From contig MFIK01000037.1 in assembly GCA_001778875.1 (NCBI GenBank), forward strand, positions 1 to 44,452: a DNA stretch of 44,452 nt, given 5' to 3'. The notes below the pieces were generated by a model that saw only the letters and a list, made by a program, of their open reading frames with translations, was not told where the DNA came from and did no database searches. Each line of letters starts with the position of its first letter. Position 1 is the stretch's first letter. Shown piece after piece: positions 42,305 through 44,452 of the stretch. A program made the translations under genes and the position numbers. The DNA comes from Candidatus Giovannonibacteria bacterium RIFCSPLOWO2_02_FULL_43_54. GTDB taxonomy: Bacteria; Patescibacteriota; Minisyncoccia; UBA11713; 2-01-FULL-45-33.

Positions 42305-42336
42305 CTTTACATATTCTCGTGCTAATATAGAAGTAT

Positions 42337-43584
42337 ATGATAAAACGCGAGCTTTTTAACGAGCTTAAGGCTCATCTTGTACAAAAGGAGATGACATTTA
42401 TTGTTGGTCCGCGCCAAGCCGGCAAAACCACGCTAATGTTTCTTTTAAAGGATGATCTGGAAAAGAATGGACAGAAAACCGTCGTTTTGAATTTAGATAT
42501 TGAGGCAGATCGCCAACATTTTACGACGCAAGAAAATCTTATAAATAAAATCCGTTTAGAAATAGGCGCGAAAGGCTACGTATTTCTTGATGAAATTCAA
42601 AGAAAAGAAAACGCCGGGCTATTTTTGAAAGGGATTTACGATATGAATTTGCCATATAAATTTATAGTTTCCGGATCCGGCAGCGTTGAGCTTAAAGAAC
42701 AAATTCATGAATCGTTGGCTGGAAGGAAAAGAATATTCGAACTCCACACAGTGTCTTTCAGAGAATTTATAAATTTTCGCACAGAATATCGCTATGAAAA
42801 CAAGTTACATGATTTTTTAAAAATAGAAAAAAATAGACGCAAAACGCTTCTCGATGAATATATGAATTTTGGCGGATATCCGAGGGTAGTGCTGGCAGAA
42901 ACAGAAAGCGAAAAGTTAAAAATTATAGAAGAAATTTATCAAAGTTATGTTGAGCGCGATATTTTTAATCTTTTGGGTATACAAAAAGAGGAGGCTTTCA
43001 CGAAATTGGTCAAAGTTCTCGCCTCGCAAATAGGAAATTTAATTAATGTTTCAGAATTGTCAAATACGGTCGGAGTCGCGCGAAAAACAATCGAGCAATA
43101 TGTTTGGTATTTGGAAAAGACTTTTGTTATCGGTAAAGTTACGCCGTTTTATAAAAATATAAGAAAAGAAATTACTAAATCTCCAAAAGTATATTTTACT
43201 GATCTCGGTTTGAGAAATTACTCAATTGGCGAGTTTGGCAGGGGTGTTTCTTCGCGAGATGCGGGCTTTTTGTTTGAAAATTTTGTTTTTTTAATGCTGG
43301 CGGATACAATAAAAAATCAAAACGCTAAAATTCAATTTTGGCGCACCAAGGATGGATCTGAAGCGGATTTTATAATCATTTCAGAAAATAAGGCAATTCC
43401 CATCGAAATTAAATTTTCTTCTTTGCTGGACGCGTCTATCGGCCGGCCGCTTAAAAACTTTATCGAAAAATATCGTCCGGAGCGGGCCTACGTGGTGAAT
43501 TTAGATTTGGACAGCGAGACGGTGCATTTCGGCACCAATGTTTTTTTTCTGCCGTTCTATAAAGTTTTGAATTTAAAATTATGA
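42337..43584 (+). CDS. AAA-family ATPase with C-terminal DUF4143-like domain
   Basis: Walker A IVGPRQAGKTTL, Walker B VFLDEIQ, and a C-terminal nuclease-like tail EADFII...IPIEIKF. Confidence 0.8.
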   Translation: MIKRELFNELKAHLVQKEMTFIVGPRQAGKTTLMFLLKDDLEKNGQKTVVLNLDIEADRQHFTTQENLINKIRLEIGAKGYVFLDEIQRKENAGLFLKGIYDMNLPYKFIVSGSGSVELKEQIHESLAGRKRIFELHTVSFREFINFRTEYRYENKLHDFLKIEKNRRKTLLDEYMNFGGYPRVVLAETESEKLKIIEEIYQSYVERDIFNLLGIQKEEAFTKLVKVLASQIGNLINVSELSNTVGVARKTIEQYVWYLEKTFVIGKVTPFYKNIRKEITKSPKVYFTDLGLRNYSIGEFGRGVSSRDAGFLFENFVFLMLADTIKNQNAKIQFWRTKDGSEADFIIISENKAIPIEIKFSSLLDASIGRPLKNFIEKYRPERAYVVNLDLDSETVHFGTNVFFLPFYKVLNLKL

Positions 43585-43742
43585 TGTTTTGAAGCATTAG
43601 GCGGGCCTTGATAATTGTGGATAGCTATTTCATGCTAAATCTTGGTATTATAAACACATGGATATATTTTACAGTCTAATAGCCTTGAGCCTGGTGGGGG
43701 GTTCTTTGGCCTTATTTATCGAAAATAAATAATAAAAAGGTC

Positions 43743-44000
43743 ATGGCTGACGTGATTTTTAACGAGCCAAAGATACCATCCGAGGCGCACTTGGAGTATT
43801 CGAATTCGGCGCGGATCGCCAAATGGATCATGCGAAATTCCGGAGGTGCCATCAAGGATGAAAAGCAGGCAAATCTCGCGCTGTTCATTTTTTCCGTGGC
43901 GGTTATTTTAGTTTCTTTATACTTTATATTATTCGGGTCGATATCCAAACCGCCTGACGAGGCTTTGAGAAACCCAACCATAGGTTTACCCGAAAAATAA
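43743..44000 (+). CDS. hypothetical single-TM protein
   Basis: AAAAGG lies upstream of the ATG. The TM is LALFIFSVAVILVSLYFILFG. I prefer it to the antisense ORF 43712-44008. Confidence 0.4.
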   Translation: MADVIFNEPKIPSEAHLEYSNSARIAKWIMRNSGGAIKDEKQANLALFIFSVAVILVSLYFILFGSISKPPDEALRNPTIGLPEK

Positions 44001-44001
44001 T

Positions 44002-44452
44002 ATGCCAACGCGTCTAAGACAAAAAAAAGGTTTTACGATCATCGAGCTCTTGGTCGTGCTTGCGATAATCGGCATTATGGCGAGTATCGCGATGGTAAGC
44101 ATCAGGGTCGCGAGACAAAAAGGCCTGGTGGCGCGCGCGAATGCCGATATGTATACGTTGCGCACGGCGATTTTACAGCTGGAAGGGAATAGCGCGAAGT
44201 TCCCGAACCATTTAAGTTCGGCTTCGTGCGTCGAGAATGTTGCCGCCGTCCTATTGGATAATTCCGGCCCGGTAGGCATTGTTCAAAACGATTCAGGCGC
44301 TCCCTATCCAAATTGGCAGGGTCCGTATATGAGCGCGGTTCCGAACGACCCGTGGCTGACTGCTTACCGCTTCAATAAGTGGGCAACTTGTAACGGCCAG
44401 GAAGGATGTTCGGGAATCGCTAACGGCACAAGAGTGCAGGCCATTGTTTCTT
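44002..44452 (+). CDS. type IV pilin / pseudopilin-like protein (5' part; runs off window)
   Basis: Read manually, as it is not in the ORF track. MPTRLRQKKGFTIIELLVVLAIIGIMASIA carries the prepilin cleavage/N-methylation motif (G|FTIIE). The frame is open to nt 44452. Confidence 0.8.
   Translation, partial: MPTRLRQKKGFTIIELLVVLAIIGIMASIAMVSIRVARQKGLVARANADMYTLRTAILQLEGNSAKFPNHLSSASCVENVAAVLLDNSGPVGIVQNDSGAPYPNWQGPYMSAVPNDPWLTAYRFNKWATCNGQEGCSGIANGTRVQAIVS

Noticed and set aside
43712-44279. Minus-strand ORFs 43712-44008 (98 aa), 43986-44279 (97 aa) and 44102-44311 (69 aa)
   Set aside because: They are antisense to a + strand ORF with an SD-like sequence and to the clearly recognisable prepilin gene. 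Their translations have no features.

Overview
AT-rich, tightly packed, mostly housekeeping bacterial window. The gene content suggests a reduced-genome Patescibacteria/CPR-like organism: short dnaX and holB, split transketolase, GT39 glycosyltransferase, VKOR-DsbA, type IV pilin. That placement is inference only. Confident genes are dnaG-rpoD, fmt-def, murA, mreB-holB, frr, dnaX, murB-hpf-secA, split tkt, htrA, and a CopZ/Rrf2/NifS/NifU/ferredoxin/SOD/Nfu block. I saw no rRNA, tRNA, CRISPR array, transposase or integrase. Four signals are not explained by ordinary annotation. (1) Hairpin-forming palindromic segments sit in frame inside conserved genes (dnaG, def, nifS, the GT39 gene). One ~125-135 nt palindromic repeat family has three copies, two of them apparently translated. 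This resembles Rickettsia palindromic elements. (2) A terminator-bounded five-gene operon (19594-24668) is built around an orphan membrane-anchored FtsK/HerA-type (T4SS coupling-protein-like) ATPase, with four uncharacterised partners. (3) A decayed hicB/hicA cassette sits beside a 79%-identical partial second copy of the transketolase promoter and 5' end. (4) Two regulator genes are flanked by short repeats, there is a promoter-to-terminator candidate small RNA, and several genes have leaderless-type promoter geometry. All family assignments come from motifs read by eye. No searches were run.
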